From: an uncultured Candidatus Saccharibacteria bacterium | GTDB taxonomy: Bacteria > Patescibacteriota > Minisyncoccia > Phycocordibacterales > UBA9973 | Length of the DNA stretch: 64,000 nucleotides | NCBI GenBank assembly: GCA_964426555.1 | Contig: CAYRQJ010000001.1 | Coordinates: forward strand, 117,633 to 181,632 | Direction: 5' to 3' | Part shown: one piece after another, positions 19,883-29,400 of the stretch | How positions within the stretch are numbered: the first letter of the stretch is position 1 | Layout: every line of letters starts with the position of its first letter | The notes under the pieces: model-generated | Database searches by the model: none | Told to the model about the DNA's origin: nothing | Seen by the model: only the letters and a program-made list of their open reading frames with translations | Made by a program: the position numbers and the translations under genes

Positions 19883-19925
19883 GGTGTAGATATTAGTTTA
19901 ATTAGGAAAATTAAATCTAACGAAA

Positions 19926-20693
19926 ATGAAAAATTTTGATGAATCAGTCGAAAGACTAGTAAATGAAGGATTTTCAACTTTTGATTTTAAAAGACTTAGT
20001 ATAGTCGATTATGAACAATTGATGATACTTTCAAAAAAAGTTACTGCGCAAAACCCTGGTTTTAAATATTGCACAGATTATGGTGTAGTCCCTGACAAAA
20101 AAACTGACAGGGGAATCTTCCGAAGGGAAAGAGACGAAGTAACTGGTCAAGATGCAAAATGGCTTTACCAGTACAGACCATCTTTAAGAAGAGAGCTTTT
20201 AAATAAAAATGAGGAATCTCAATATTTACCTGCCGAGGTTGAAGACTGGATGCAAAAAGCAAAACAGGTGTACACAACACTTTATGGATTTTCAAAAGAA
20301 ATCATAAAAGGCGTAGACCATCTTTTGCCAGAATTTAAGATATATGAAAAATATGTAGATGTTGAATCAAGCGACATGCATATGCTTAGATCCATTGGAT
20401 ATGATGAATCAACTAGCGTTGCTCTTGTGGCAGACAAACATTGTGATTATTCATTCTTAACTTTAGCTCCGTATCAATCTTATCCAGGGCTTTGGCTTAA
20501 AAACAAGCTCGGAACCATGGTTGAATACAAACCAAAAGAAGGAGAATTGATGGCTTTCTGGGGTAGAAAAGCCCCAACTGTATCTAATGAAAAATTAATG
20601 AAAGTCGAGCACATGGTTGATATTCCAGAATTAGGAATACAGCGTGATGCAACTGTTTTCTTTGGACATTTGGCTGGTGTAAAAATGAGCTAA
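19926..20693 (+). CDS. Hypothetical protein, possibly 2OG-Fe(II) oxygenase-like (weak)
   Basis: H-x-D (DKHCDYSF) and a distal His, arranged as in DSBH oxygenases. Weak. Confidence 0.4.
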   Translation: MKNFDESVERLVNEGFSTFDFKRLSIVDYEQLMILSKKVTAQNPGFKYCTDYGVVPDKKTDRGIFRRERDEVTGQDAKWLYQYRPSLRRELLNKNEESQYLPAEVEDWMQKAKQVYTTLYGFSKEIIKGVDHLLPEFKIYEKYVDVESSDMHMLRSIGYDESTSVALVADKHCDYSFLTLAPYQSYPGLWLKNKLGTMVEYKPKEGELMAFWGRKAPTVSNEKLMKVEHMVDIPELGIQRDATVFFGHLAGVKMS

Positions 20694-20710
20694 TCTAAAG
20701 ATAAAAACAG

Positions 20711-20740
20711 AAACGGAGGTCTTGCCTCCGTTTTTTTTAT
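20711..20740. terminator. Bidirectional rho-independent terminator
   Basis: aaacggaggtcttgcctccgttt plus T-run, between convergent genes. Confidence 0.6.
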
Positions 20741-21123
20741 TTGTTTAATTTTTCTAGAACTTGTTCAAAGTCTTTTTTGTCTATCTCCATTGGGTTCCAG
20801 CCTTCTAGATGATCAGACATTACACGGGGAATCAAATGAATATGGAAATGGGGAACATCTTTACCCACGACAGACAGCTGGACATAGTCGGCACCAATTC
20901 TTTCCTTTATTTTATTAATTAAAGATTTAGATACAATAAACACATGCGACAATAAATCATCCGGAGTATCTTGTAACCACTGAAAATGTGATTTTGGAAC
21001 TATTAAAGTATGCCCCAGTGTAACTGGGTGAATGTCTAAAAAGGCAATACATTGTTCGTCTTCATAGACTTTGTAACTAGGAATTTCTCCAGCTACTATT
21101 TTACAAAAAATACAGTTATCCAT
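20737..21123 (-). CDS. HIT-family nucleotide hydrolase
   Basis: Histidine triad HFHIHLIP. Confidence 0.85.
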   Translation of the reverse strand: MDNCIFCKIVAGEIPSYKVYEDEQCIAFLDIHPVTLGHTLIVPKSHFQWLQDTPDDLLSHVFIVSKSLINKIKERIGADYVQLSVVGKDVPHFHIHLIPRVMSDHLEGWNPMEIDKKDFEQVLEKLNK

Positions 21124-21238
21124 CCCGTTAGAAGTAGGAAATCAAAGATTTCCGTCCTTTATTAACTATTAATTTAAAATTTGATTTATTCATTTCTTTA
21201 TTATATGTATTCCAATTAACAACAAAACTTCTAACGGG
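21124..21238. mobile_element. MITE-like element copy 1 (TIR CCCGTTAGAAG / CTTCTAACGGG, flanking ATCCAT direct repeats)
   Basis: 11-bp perfect terminal inverted repeats. A 6-bp direct repeat ATCCAT sits at 21118-21123 and 21239-21244. The element abuts the HIT-gene start codon. It contains the internal hairpin GGAAATC-aaa-GATTTCC. Confidence 0.55.
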
Positions 21239-21278
21239 ATCCATGAGTACATTATAACATATGCTATAATAGCCAAAT

Positions 21279-23018
21279 ATGCCAAACGGGAAATACACAT
21301 TACGAAAGAAAAACGAAGAAAGAAACGAGGATTTAGACAAAACTTATGGCACACTAATAGCTGATATTTTGTATTCACGTGGAGTTAGCGATATAAAATT
21401 AGCCCAAAAACATTTACATGACAAACTGGGGGATGTACATGATGACCCATTAAAGTTGGGTGAAATGGGTAAAGCTTTGGAGCGAATAAACAAAGCTATC
21501 CAAAATAATGAACACATTACAATACACGCAGACTATGACTGTGACGGTATTCCTGGAGCTGTAATACTAACTAGTTTGTTTAAAGAAATTGGTTTTACTA
21601 ATTACACAGTTTCAATACCTAATAGAAATATTGAAGGTTATGGTTTAAACACAGAACATGTTAAAAAATTTGTTAATACAAATACAAAATTAATTATTAC
21701 AATTGATTTAGGAATAACAGGATTTGAGGCAATTGAAGAGGCAAATATTTTAGGAATGGATACAATTATTACCGACCACCACACAATTCCGGAAAGAATC
21801 CCAACTGCCTACGCTATTGTTCACCCAAAAATATTTAATAGCAATTACGAAAACAAAGAATTATGTGGCGCCGGAGTAGTGTACACACTGGTTCGTGGGT
21901 TTATAAATGAATATGGTACACAATATAGTATCCCTAATAATTTTATAGACAGTGTAGTAGACATGGCAGCATTTGCAACATTGTCTGACATGGTAGAACT
22001 AACTCCTGAAAACAAAGCAATAATCAAAGAAGGTTTAAATAAAATTCGTAGTGGTAGCCGCCCAGGACTGTTGGCACTGGCTAAATCTGCACGAGTATAT
22101 TTACGTGATTTAACACAAGACGATTTAACTTTTATGTTGGCACCAAAATTAAATGTGGCGTCACGTATGGGTAACCCTCATGACGCATATAATTTATTGA
22201 TGGAAAAAGATTTTGCATTAGCTAGCGTATTGTCTGACGCATTAACAAATCTTTCAAATGAACGCAGAAAGATAGTGGCTTTGATGGTAAAGGAGGCACG
22301 ACGTGATATTGCTAAATTTGATAAAGACCAAAAAGATGTAATTGTGATTGGTCATCCTGCATGGAAAGTAGGGCTGTTGGGGTTAGTTGCTAGTAAAATA
22401 GTAGAAATATACGGTAAACCAACTTTTGTATGGGGGAGAACTGAAGATGAAGACAACATTGTATACAAAGGATCTTGCCGAGGAAACAATACAGTGAATG
22501 TTTACGAGATAATGGCATCATCACCAATGGAAACATTCTTGGAATTTGGTGGACATTTTGAAGCCGGAGGTTTTTCTGTTTCTCAAGAAAAAATTTATAA
22601 CCTAGAAAACAATTTAATCAAAGGCTACGAAAAAGTAGGCGAAGATATATTAAACATTACTGAATCTGTAGCATATATTGATGCGGTACTACCTATTTCA
22701 CTACTACACCCAAGACTACATTCTTCTATATTCAAATTAGCACCTTTTGGTAGTGGGTTTACTGAACCAGTTTTTGTTTTTAAAAATACAGAAATAGTAG
22801 ACATTCGTAATTTTGGTACAGGTAATGCACATATTGAAATAACATTTAAAGACACAAATGGGTTAACCGCCAGCGCTTATGCTTTTTATACAAAAGGGGC
22901 TGATCTTGGTAGCCCCGTAGTTGGCAACACTGTGCATATTGTTGGAACATTGGATGCAAAACTGTGGCAAGGAACAGTTCGTGTTAGACTAAAAGATATA
23001 ATTATAAGTGGAATTTAA
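21279..23018 (+). CDS. recJ: Single-stranded-DNA-specific exonuclease RecJ
   Basis: DHH motifs HADYDCDG and ITDHH, plus a DHHA1 region. Confidence 0.85.
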   Translation: MPNGKYTLRKKNEERNEDLDKTYGTLIADILYSRGVSDIKLAQKHLHDKLGDVHDDPLKLGEMGKALERINKAIQNNEHITIHADYDCDGIPGAVILTSLFKEIGFTNYTVSIPNRNIEGYGLNTEHVKKFVNTNTKLIITIDLGITGFEAIEEANILGMDTIITDHHTIPERIPTAYAIVHPKIFNSNYENKELCGAGVVYTLVRGFINEYGTQYSIPNNFIDSVVDMAAFATLSDMVELTPENKAIIKEGLNKIRSGSRPGLLALAKSARVYLRDLTQDDLTFMLAPKLNVASRMGNPHDAYNLLMEKDFALASVLSDALTNLSNERRKIVALMVKEARRDIAKFDKDQKDVIVIGHPAWKVGLLGLVASKIVEIYGKPTFVWGRTEDEDNIVYKGSCRGNNTVNVYEIMASSPMETFLEFGGHFEAGGFSVSQEKIYNLENNLIKGYEKVGEDILNITESVAYIDAVLPISLLHPRLHSSIFKLAPFGSGFTEPVFVFKNTEIVDIRNFGTGNAHIEITFKDTNGLTASAYAFYTKGADLGSPVVGNTVHIVGTLDAKLWQGTVRVRLKDIIISGI

Positions 23019-23023
23019 AATAC

Positions 23024-23545
23024 ATGTCAAAGGAAATAATATTTTTTACAGACGGTAGCGCGCTTGGCAACCCTGGGAAAGGGGGGTGGGCTTATTTAAT
23101 GATAGATAAAAAAAATGGGAATGTTTTGGAAAATGGTGGCAATAGTGCACACGCTACAAATAACCAAATGGAATTAAAAGCATTTTTAGAATCACTAAAA
23201 GAAATAAATGGTTTTACAGTAGAGAAAGAAATTATAATTTATCTTGATTCGGAATATGTAAAAAATGGTATTACCAGTTGGATACATGGATGGAAAAAAA
23301 ATGGTTGGCGCACTGCTGCAAAAAAACCTGTTTTAAATAAAGATTTATGGGTAGAAATAGATGAAGCTTATAATACAGTAATAGCTAAACAAAAATTAGA
23401 ATTAAAATATGTACCAGGACACAGCGGGGTAGCTGGTAACGAAATAGTTGATACCATAGCTAGAACATTGGCCGCAGGAGAAGAATACATTTTATATTCA
23501 GGAGATAAAACAAATTTTGAATTACAAAAAAATATAAAATTATAA
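23024..23545 (+). CDS. rnhA: Ribonuclease HI
   Basis: FTDGSALGNPGKGGWAY ... NQMELKA ... YLDSEYV RNase H type 1 pattern. Confidence 0.85.
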   Translation: MSKEIIFFTDGSALGNPGKGGWAYLMIDKKNGNVLENGGNSAHATNNQMELKAFLESLKEINGFTVEKEIIIYLDSEYVKNGITSWIHGWKKNGWRTAAKKPVLNKDLWVEIDEAYNTVIAKQKLELKYVPGHSGVAGNEIVDTIARTLAAGEEYILYSGDKTNFELQKNIKL

Positions 23546-23546
23546 T

Positions 23547-24863
23547 ATGTACAAATGGATAAGAATTATTTTAATAATCTTACCCATAACATACGGAATT
23601 TATTTTTGTTATATTAAAAAAGAAATTGAAATAATATTACCCCAAAACAGTGTAACTGTGATGGGGTATGTTAGTAATTACAAAGAAGAGAGAATTAGCA
23701 ACAACCATTATACTGTAAACGTAACAAAGCTAAATAACGAGCCGGTAACTGATAATTCAAAAATAATTATTACAACTAGTCCAGCAACTAATTTAAACTA
23801 TGGTGAAAATATAATAATAACTGGTGTAATAGAAAAACCCAAAAATTTTATTACAAATACTGGCATGGAGTTTGATTACCAAAATTATTTACGAATGAAA
23901 AATGTTGTTGGAATTATGCGTGAACCCGAAATAATAAATCATGGCGGGTTTAGTGGAAATTATTTATTAAAATTTTTATACAAAATTAGAAATAAATTTG
24001 CAATAAATTTAGAAAAATATTTAAATAAAAACGACAGCACATTATCTCGTGGAGTAATACTGGGGGAGAAGACTGGTATTACAAATAGCCTACGCGACAA
24101 TTTAGCAAATACATCTACCGCGCATATTATTGCACTGTCAGGCTACAACATTACTATTGTTAGTGAATTGGTTACTAAAATAACAGCGGGGTTAGGGCTG
24201 GTAATTAGCGGGGCATTGTCAGTATTTAGTATAATTATATTTATATTATTAGCTGGCGGGGGTAGTAGTGCATTGCGTGCGGGGATAATGGGAATAATTT
24301 TAGTTTACGCACGGTCTCGTGGTAAAAATTATAATGCAATATTTGCATTATTATTAGCGTCATCTATTTTAATATTGTTACAACCATTAATACTGCGCTA
24401 CGACATGGGTTTTCATCTTTCAGTATTGGCAACATTTGGTTTAATAGTCTTTCAGCGACCAATTGCAGTATTTTTAGTAAAGAAAAGATTTGGAAAATTT
24501 TTGGCAGAAATATTAGCCAGTACAATTTCTGCCAGTATTATGACTATGCCTTATATTGCATACAATATGGGCATAATTTCCATATTGGGAATTCCTGCAA
24601 ATATTATTGTGGTGCCACTACTGCCAATACTGATGTTTACTTCTTTTTTTACAGGATTATTTGGTGGAATATCTTACATACTAACTATACCTTTTGCATA
24701 TAGTACGCATATAGTTAGTAGTGTAATTTTAAAAACCATAAATACATTGGGCGATCTGCCATACAGTGCAGTGTATAAACAAAATATACCACTACTATTT
24801 ATAGTAGTGGTATATTTATTCTTGTTTTACTATGCTTTTAAATTACTTAAAAAATCATCGTAG
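23547..24863 (+). CDS. comEC: ComEC/Rec2 N-terminal and competence (membrane channel) portion
   Basis: N-terminal TM, an OB-like region, then a polytopic membrane domain (8+ TM) typical of the ComEC competence domain. There is no MBL domain in this ORF. Confidence 0.65.
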   Translation: MYKWIRIILIILPITYGIYFCYIKKEIEIILPQNSVTVMGYVSNYKEERISNNHYTVNVTKLNNEPVTDNSKIIITTSPATNLNYGENIIITGVIEKPKNFITNTGMEFDYQNYLRMKNVVGIMREPEIINHGGFSGNYLLKFLYKIRNKFAINLEKYLNKNDSTLSRGVILGEKTGITNSLRDNLANTSTAHIIALSGYNITIVSELVTKITAGLGLVISGALSVFSIIIFILLAGGGSSALRAGIMGIILVYARSRGKNYNAIFALLLASSILILLQPLILRYDMGFHLSVLATFGLIVFQRPIAVFLVKKRFGKFLAEILASTISASIMTMPYIAYNMGIISILGIPANIIVVPLLPILMFTSFFTGLFGGISYILTIPFAYSTHIVSSVILKTINTLGDLPYSAVYKQNIPLLFIVVVYLFLFYYAFKLLKKSS

Positions 24864-25429
24864 CGTCCACTGATTAATTCAAAATTAGTATTTTTAATAT
24901 AATCTTCTATATATTGTTTTTTGCCACTGGGCAGATAGTCGGCAACATAAGAATGTTCCCACATATCGATAGCATATACAGGAAAAGTATTCATAAGCTG
25001 GCCAATGTGTTGTTCGTCTACCCAAGATAATACAAGGTGGTCAAACGTTGTATCGTACGACAATACTGCCCAGCCTATACCCCTGGTCATTGCGGTTTCT
25101 TTTAGCCTAGCCATAAAATTATCCATACTACCAAAGTCAGCTACAATTTGATTTTCTAAATTTGAAGATGTGGGAATGTTTGAAGGAGCTCCAGTTAAAC
25201 TATAAAAATAAAGTTCGTGATTACGCATACCACAAAATTCAAAAGAAAATCTGCGTTGTAATTCAGTGCGAATATATGTTTCTTCCACTGGTAAGGAGTT
25301 TAGTTTTTCTTGAATTAAATTTGCGTGTTTTACATAACCAGCATACAGCTTTAAATGCTCTTCAATGTTTTTGGCAGAGATGCCAACAAGTTCTGGAATT
25401 TCAAAAGTTTTTGTATTATATGTTTCCAT
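24830..25429 (-). CDS. sodA: Fe/Mn superoxide dismutase
   Basis: C-terminal DMWEHSYV signature and the N-terminal helical domain. Confidence 0.9.
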   Translation of the reverse strand: METYNTKTFEIPELVGISAKNIEEHLKLYAGYVKHANLIQEKLNSLPVEETYIRTELQRRFSFEFCGMRNHELYFYSLTGAPSNIPTSSNLENQIVADFGSMDNFMARLKETAMTRGIGWAVLSYDTTFDHLVLSWVDEQHIGQLMNTFPVYAIDMWEHSYVADYLPSGKKQYIEDYIKNTNFELISGRYDDFLSNLKA

Positions 25430-25440
25430 ATTGATATTAT

Positions 25441-25545
25441 ATCACAAAGTGCACCCCACCTAAATCCTCCCCTTCACAGGCGGAGGACTTTGCACTTCTC
25501 CCCTTGTTAAGGGGGAGATAAAGAGGGGGTGCAGTGATATACTAC
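25441..25545. repeat. GC-rich composite palindromic repeat. It contains a reverse-complement copy of the 40-mer found at 51307 and 58381.
   Basis: gcaccccacctaaatcctccccttcacaggcggaggacttt at 25451-25491, plus the ctcccctt-gttaa-gggggag hairpin. The whole unit is bounded by atcacaaagtgcacccc / ggggtgcagtgat. Confidence 0.7.
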
Positions 25546-25549
25546 ATAT

Positions 25550-26410
25550 ATGAAACAGCGGAAACTGGTATATTGGATAATATTTATATTAATTGTTTTA
25601 ACTCTTGTATTTTTAGCCTTGTTTTATAAGACTGAAAAACCATTAAAGCTAGTAATGCTAGACGTTGGCCAAGGTGACGCAATATATATAGAAACCCCAA
25701 ATGGCACAAACATGCTAATAGATTCCGGCCGAGACAAGACGGTACTGTATGAACTGGGTGAAGTAATGAGTTTTAACCAAAACAAGATAGACATTATTGA
25801 AGTTAGTAATCCTGATTTGGACCATATAGGCGGATTTCCTTTTGTAATGGAGAAATATAAGATAAAAAATATAATTTCTCCTGGAACAAACCATGACAGC
25901 TTGGAAGCTTTTGGTGAAATAGAGAAATTAGCACAAGAAAAACAAATTCCAGTACTGAAACCAAAGCAGGGTACTGTAATAATGCTAGACCAAAAAGAAA
26001 ATATTACTTATACAATCTTATGGCCAACGGGAAATGTAAATGGTTGGGAAGTAAACGCTGGGTCACTGGTAGGGTTAATTACATATGGAGATAAAAAGAT
26101 ACTACTAACAGGCGACGCTCCAAAAGAAGTAGAAGACCAAATAATCAATAAATACAAAGACGAATTACAAAATATTGATATTTTAAAGGTTGGGCACCAT
26201 GGGTCAAAGACTTCTACTGGTAGCGCGCTCGCCATGCTCGCGCGCCCAAAATACGCACTAATTAGCGCCGGTAAAAACAACAGGTATGGCCACCCGCACA
26301 AAATAGTGTTGGATAATTTAAATAATGTGGGTTCAAAAATTTTAGTAACCAAAGATACAGGGAGAATAACTTGCACCATATGGCTTAAAAAAGAAACCGT
26401 GTGTGACTAA
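25550..26410 (+). CDS. comEC: ComEC C-terminal metallo-beta-lactamase-fold domain protein with an N-terminal TM anchor
   Basis: LVMLDVGQGDAIYIETPNGTNMLIDSG and the HHGSKTS MBL motifs. Confidence 0.75.
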   Translation: MKQRKLVYWIIFILIVLTLVFLALFYKTEKPLKLVMLDVGQGDAIYIETPNGTNMLIDSGRDKTVLYELGEVMSFNQNKIDIIEVSNPDLDHIGGFPFVMEKYKIKNIISPGTNHDSLEAFGEIEKLAQEKQIPVLKPKQGTVIMLDQKENITYTILWPTGNVNGWEVNAGSLVGLITYGDKKILLTGDAPKEVEDQIINKYKDELQNIDILKVGHHGSKTSTGSALAMLARPKYALISAGKNNRYGHPHKIVLDNLNNVGSKILVTKDTGRITCTIWLKKETVCD

Positions 26411-26434
26411 ATAATAGTATTTTTAAACAAGATT

Positions 26435-29400
26435 GTGTTAAAATATAAACATAATATGAAGCGGAAAGCCTTTGGGGTAATAGCAACTTTTCTGGTTATG
26501 TTCCAGATGTTTTCTCCGTGGGGGATACAGATAAATAAAAACGGAGTTAGCGTTAAAGAGAATACAGTTTTAGCAGCTGAACCATTAGACCATGGAGTTA
26601 TAGCTCTATTAAAGGAGGGAACAAAAGATGGTCAAATTAACTTAACTATACTTAGTGACCCACTTTATAAATATGATGAATTTGAGGTTAAAGTCCTTTC
26701 TGGTACAACAGTACAAACTGAAATGTTTAAAGGCGCACCAACAGATAAATCTATTACTCGAAATGAAGTTGGTGTGGTTGGTTTTGATAAAGATGGCAGC
26801 CAGGCAAGATTATATTTAAGAATCGATTATGAAATAAAAAATTCTAAATTTAAAACTTCAATGCTAACTGATGTTGCTGATCCTAAAATAGCAGTCAGGG
26901 TTCCATATTATGAAGCATTAAATCCTACAAACAAAAAAGATGCCTGGAACTACATTGGTCCGACCAATACAGATATTACTGATATTGAAGAAAATGGAAC
27001 TACTTTTATATCAGCTAGCGAAGCAAGTGGTAATAATTTCAAACTAAAATGGGGGGTTCTTTCTTCTAAGAGCTCTTCTACTAACTTAATATTACCTATG
27101 CCGTCTACTCTTAATGGTGCAGATGATGACTCAATAGCTTGTACAGGTGGATTAAAAACATTAGAAACAAAAAAGAAGTTACGGTTTGCACAAAACAACA
27201 AAGACTACCCAATATATGAACATTCTTGTTCTAATTTAATAGACATCACAAAAACATTACCAAAAAAAGAAAATGGTGTTTCAAAGTATGTTGCAAATTT
27301 TGATAAAACTTCTTGGTATAAAAATATTTCTTTGAATTTTAATTTCCCATTTACTGGGAAATTACATAGTTTTTATTTATACAACAACCCAGATGATATA
27401 TCAACAGATCTTCGTGGAACTTGTGATCTTGAGTGGTGTTTTCAAGATTTTCAAATCACAAAATTAGAAGCTGTTAAAGATGAAAATGGCACACCTGCTC
27501 TTGCGGCAGATGTATCAATATTTTTAGACGACAAAGAAATTGATGATTTTAACCCTTTTGAAGATGTTGGTGATGAACCTGGAAAATTAGATTCCAAAGA
27601 CAGACCAAACAGTTGGGAAGGATGGTTACTTGAAAAAAGAGTTGATAGCAGGGATCCATCTGTTGGTGGTGGTTTATCAAATGATAAAGATACATCTCGT
27701 GGGTTTTGGCTTATTTATTCAAAAGACAAAGATACTTTGAGTGACGGTATCGGAAATAGAGAAGTTATAAATCTGGGAGATTATTTGTTTGGTGGCGACA
27801 AGGTCCCAATTTCTCCAGTTGTAGTAAAAAAACAAAATGGATTAGCTTTTAAAGTATTAATCCCAGCAGAACTTGGTAAAACATATTATGCAAAACTGTA
27901 TTCATACAGAATAGATAAGGACAATTATATAAAAAACGAAAAGGCTAACTCTACAACAAAATCATATACTATGCCGGCTACAGTAGAAGAGATTACTCAA
28001 ACTGCTAGAGATGGGGCAATAATAGAAAATGGACAAGAAAAAGAATTAGTTGCCGACCCAGCATGGCTTCCAGCATGTGGGCTTGGTTTTTGGCCTGCAG
28101 AAGATGGATCAATTACTGGTTGTGCTATTCAAATATTTTATTATTTAGTGTTTGTTCCAACTGCTTATTTATTAGCAGCAGCAGGTACTGTTCTGGATTG
28201 GATTTTAGTTTATGCAATTTCACCAGTAGCGTATAAAGCTCAGTATATTGTAGATAGTTGGAAATTTGTAAGAGATGTATGTAATTTATTCTTCATCTTT
28301 ATGATGATATATCTTGCATTCAAACTTATACTTAGTATTGGGCATCATACAAAACAATTAATTGTAAACACACTAATTATTGCAGCGGTAATTAATTTTT
28401 CTTACCCATTAACTACTGTAATTATTGATGTTTCCAACATTACAGCAAGACAATTATATTATAATTCTTTCCCTAAAGAAGATACGTTGAATGGAAAACC
28501 TTATGGGCTTTCTTCAACAGTATCAAAAGGTTACAACCCTCAACAAATAGTTATAGATGGTTTAGATAAAAATAGTAACGATTTAAAAGATACCAAAGAA
28601 AACAATAAAGGAACAATTTTTATGATTCTTTTAATGGGGGTAATATTTAATATTATTGCCATGATAATATTCTTAAAAATAGCATTATTGTTTATATACC
28701 GTATTCTTGGTCTTGTTTTTGCAATTATACTTTCACCATTTGCTGTATTTTCATTTTCTATGGATAAAGAACAGCGTAGTAAATTAAAAATGGTTGGTTT
28801 TGACACATGGTTGTCTGGATTACTACAAGATGCATTTAAGGCTCCAGTATTTTTATTCTTTATGCTTATAATGGTGCTTTTTATAAAACACAATCCATTC
28901 AAGGCAGCATTTGGGTCTGATGTTAATGGTTTAGAATGGTGGGCAAGTTTAATTATTCCTTTTATGCTACTAGTTGGATTTTTAAGTCTAATTCATTCTA
29001 TAACTAAATCAATGTCTTCATCGTTAGCTGAAATGGCTGGGGGTGTGGTAATGAAGGGAATTGGTGCAGTAGCCGGAGTAGCTGCAGGGGGGTTAGCATT
29101 AGCTGGCAGTGGATTAATTGGTAAAGGGATGACTAAACTTGCTGGATCTGGAATGGGCCAAAGAATTATGGACCGCGCTGCTACTGGTAAAGGGCTTGGT
29201 GGTTTTATTGCTCGCCAACAAGCCAAAGCTATTCGTGGAATGCAAGCAGGTAGTTTTGATTTAAGACAAAATGGTGTAGCTAACGCAGTAAGTAAAGCAA
29301 CAGGGATGAACTTTAATCTTGGGGCATCTATGATTGGACTTGGTACAGCAAAAACTGCTGGTGGTTTCGTAGAAAGTGTTGAAAGAAAAAATAAAAAGAG

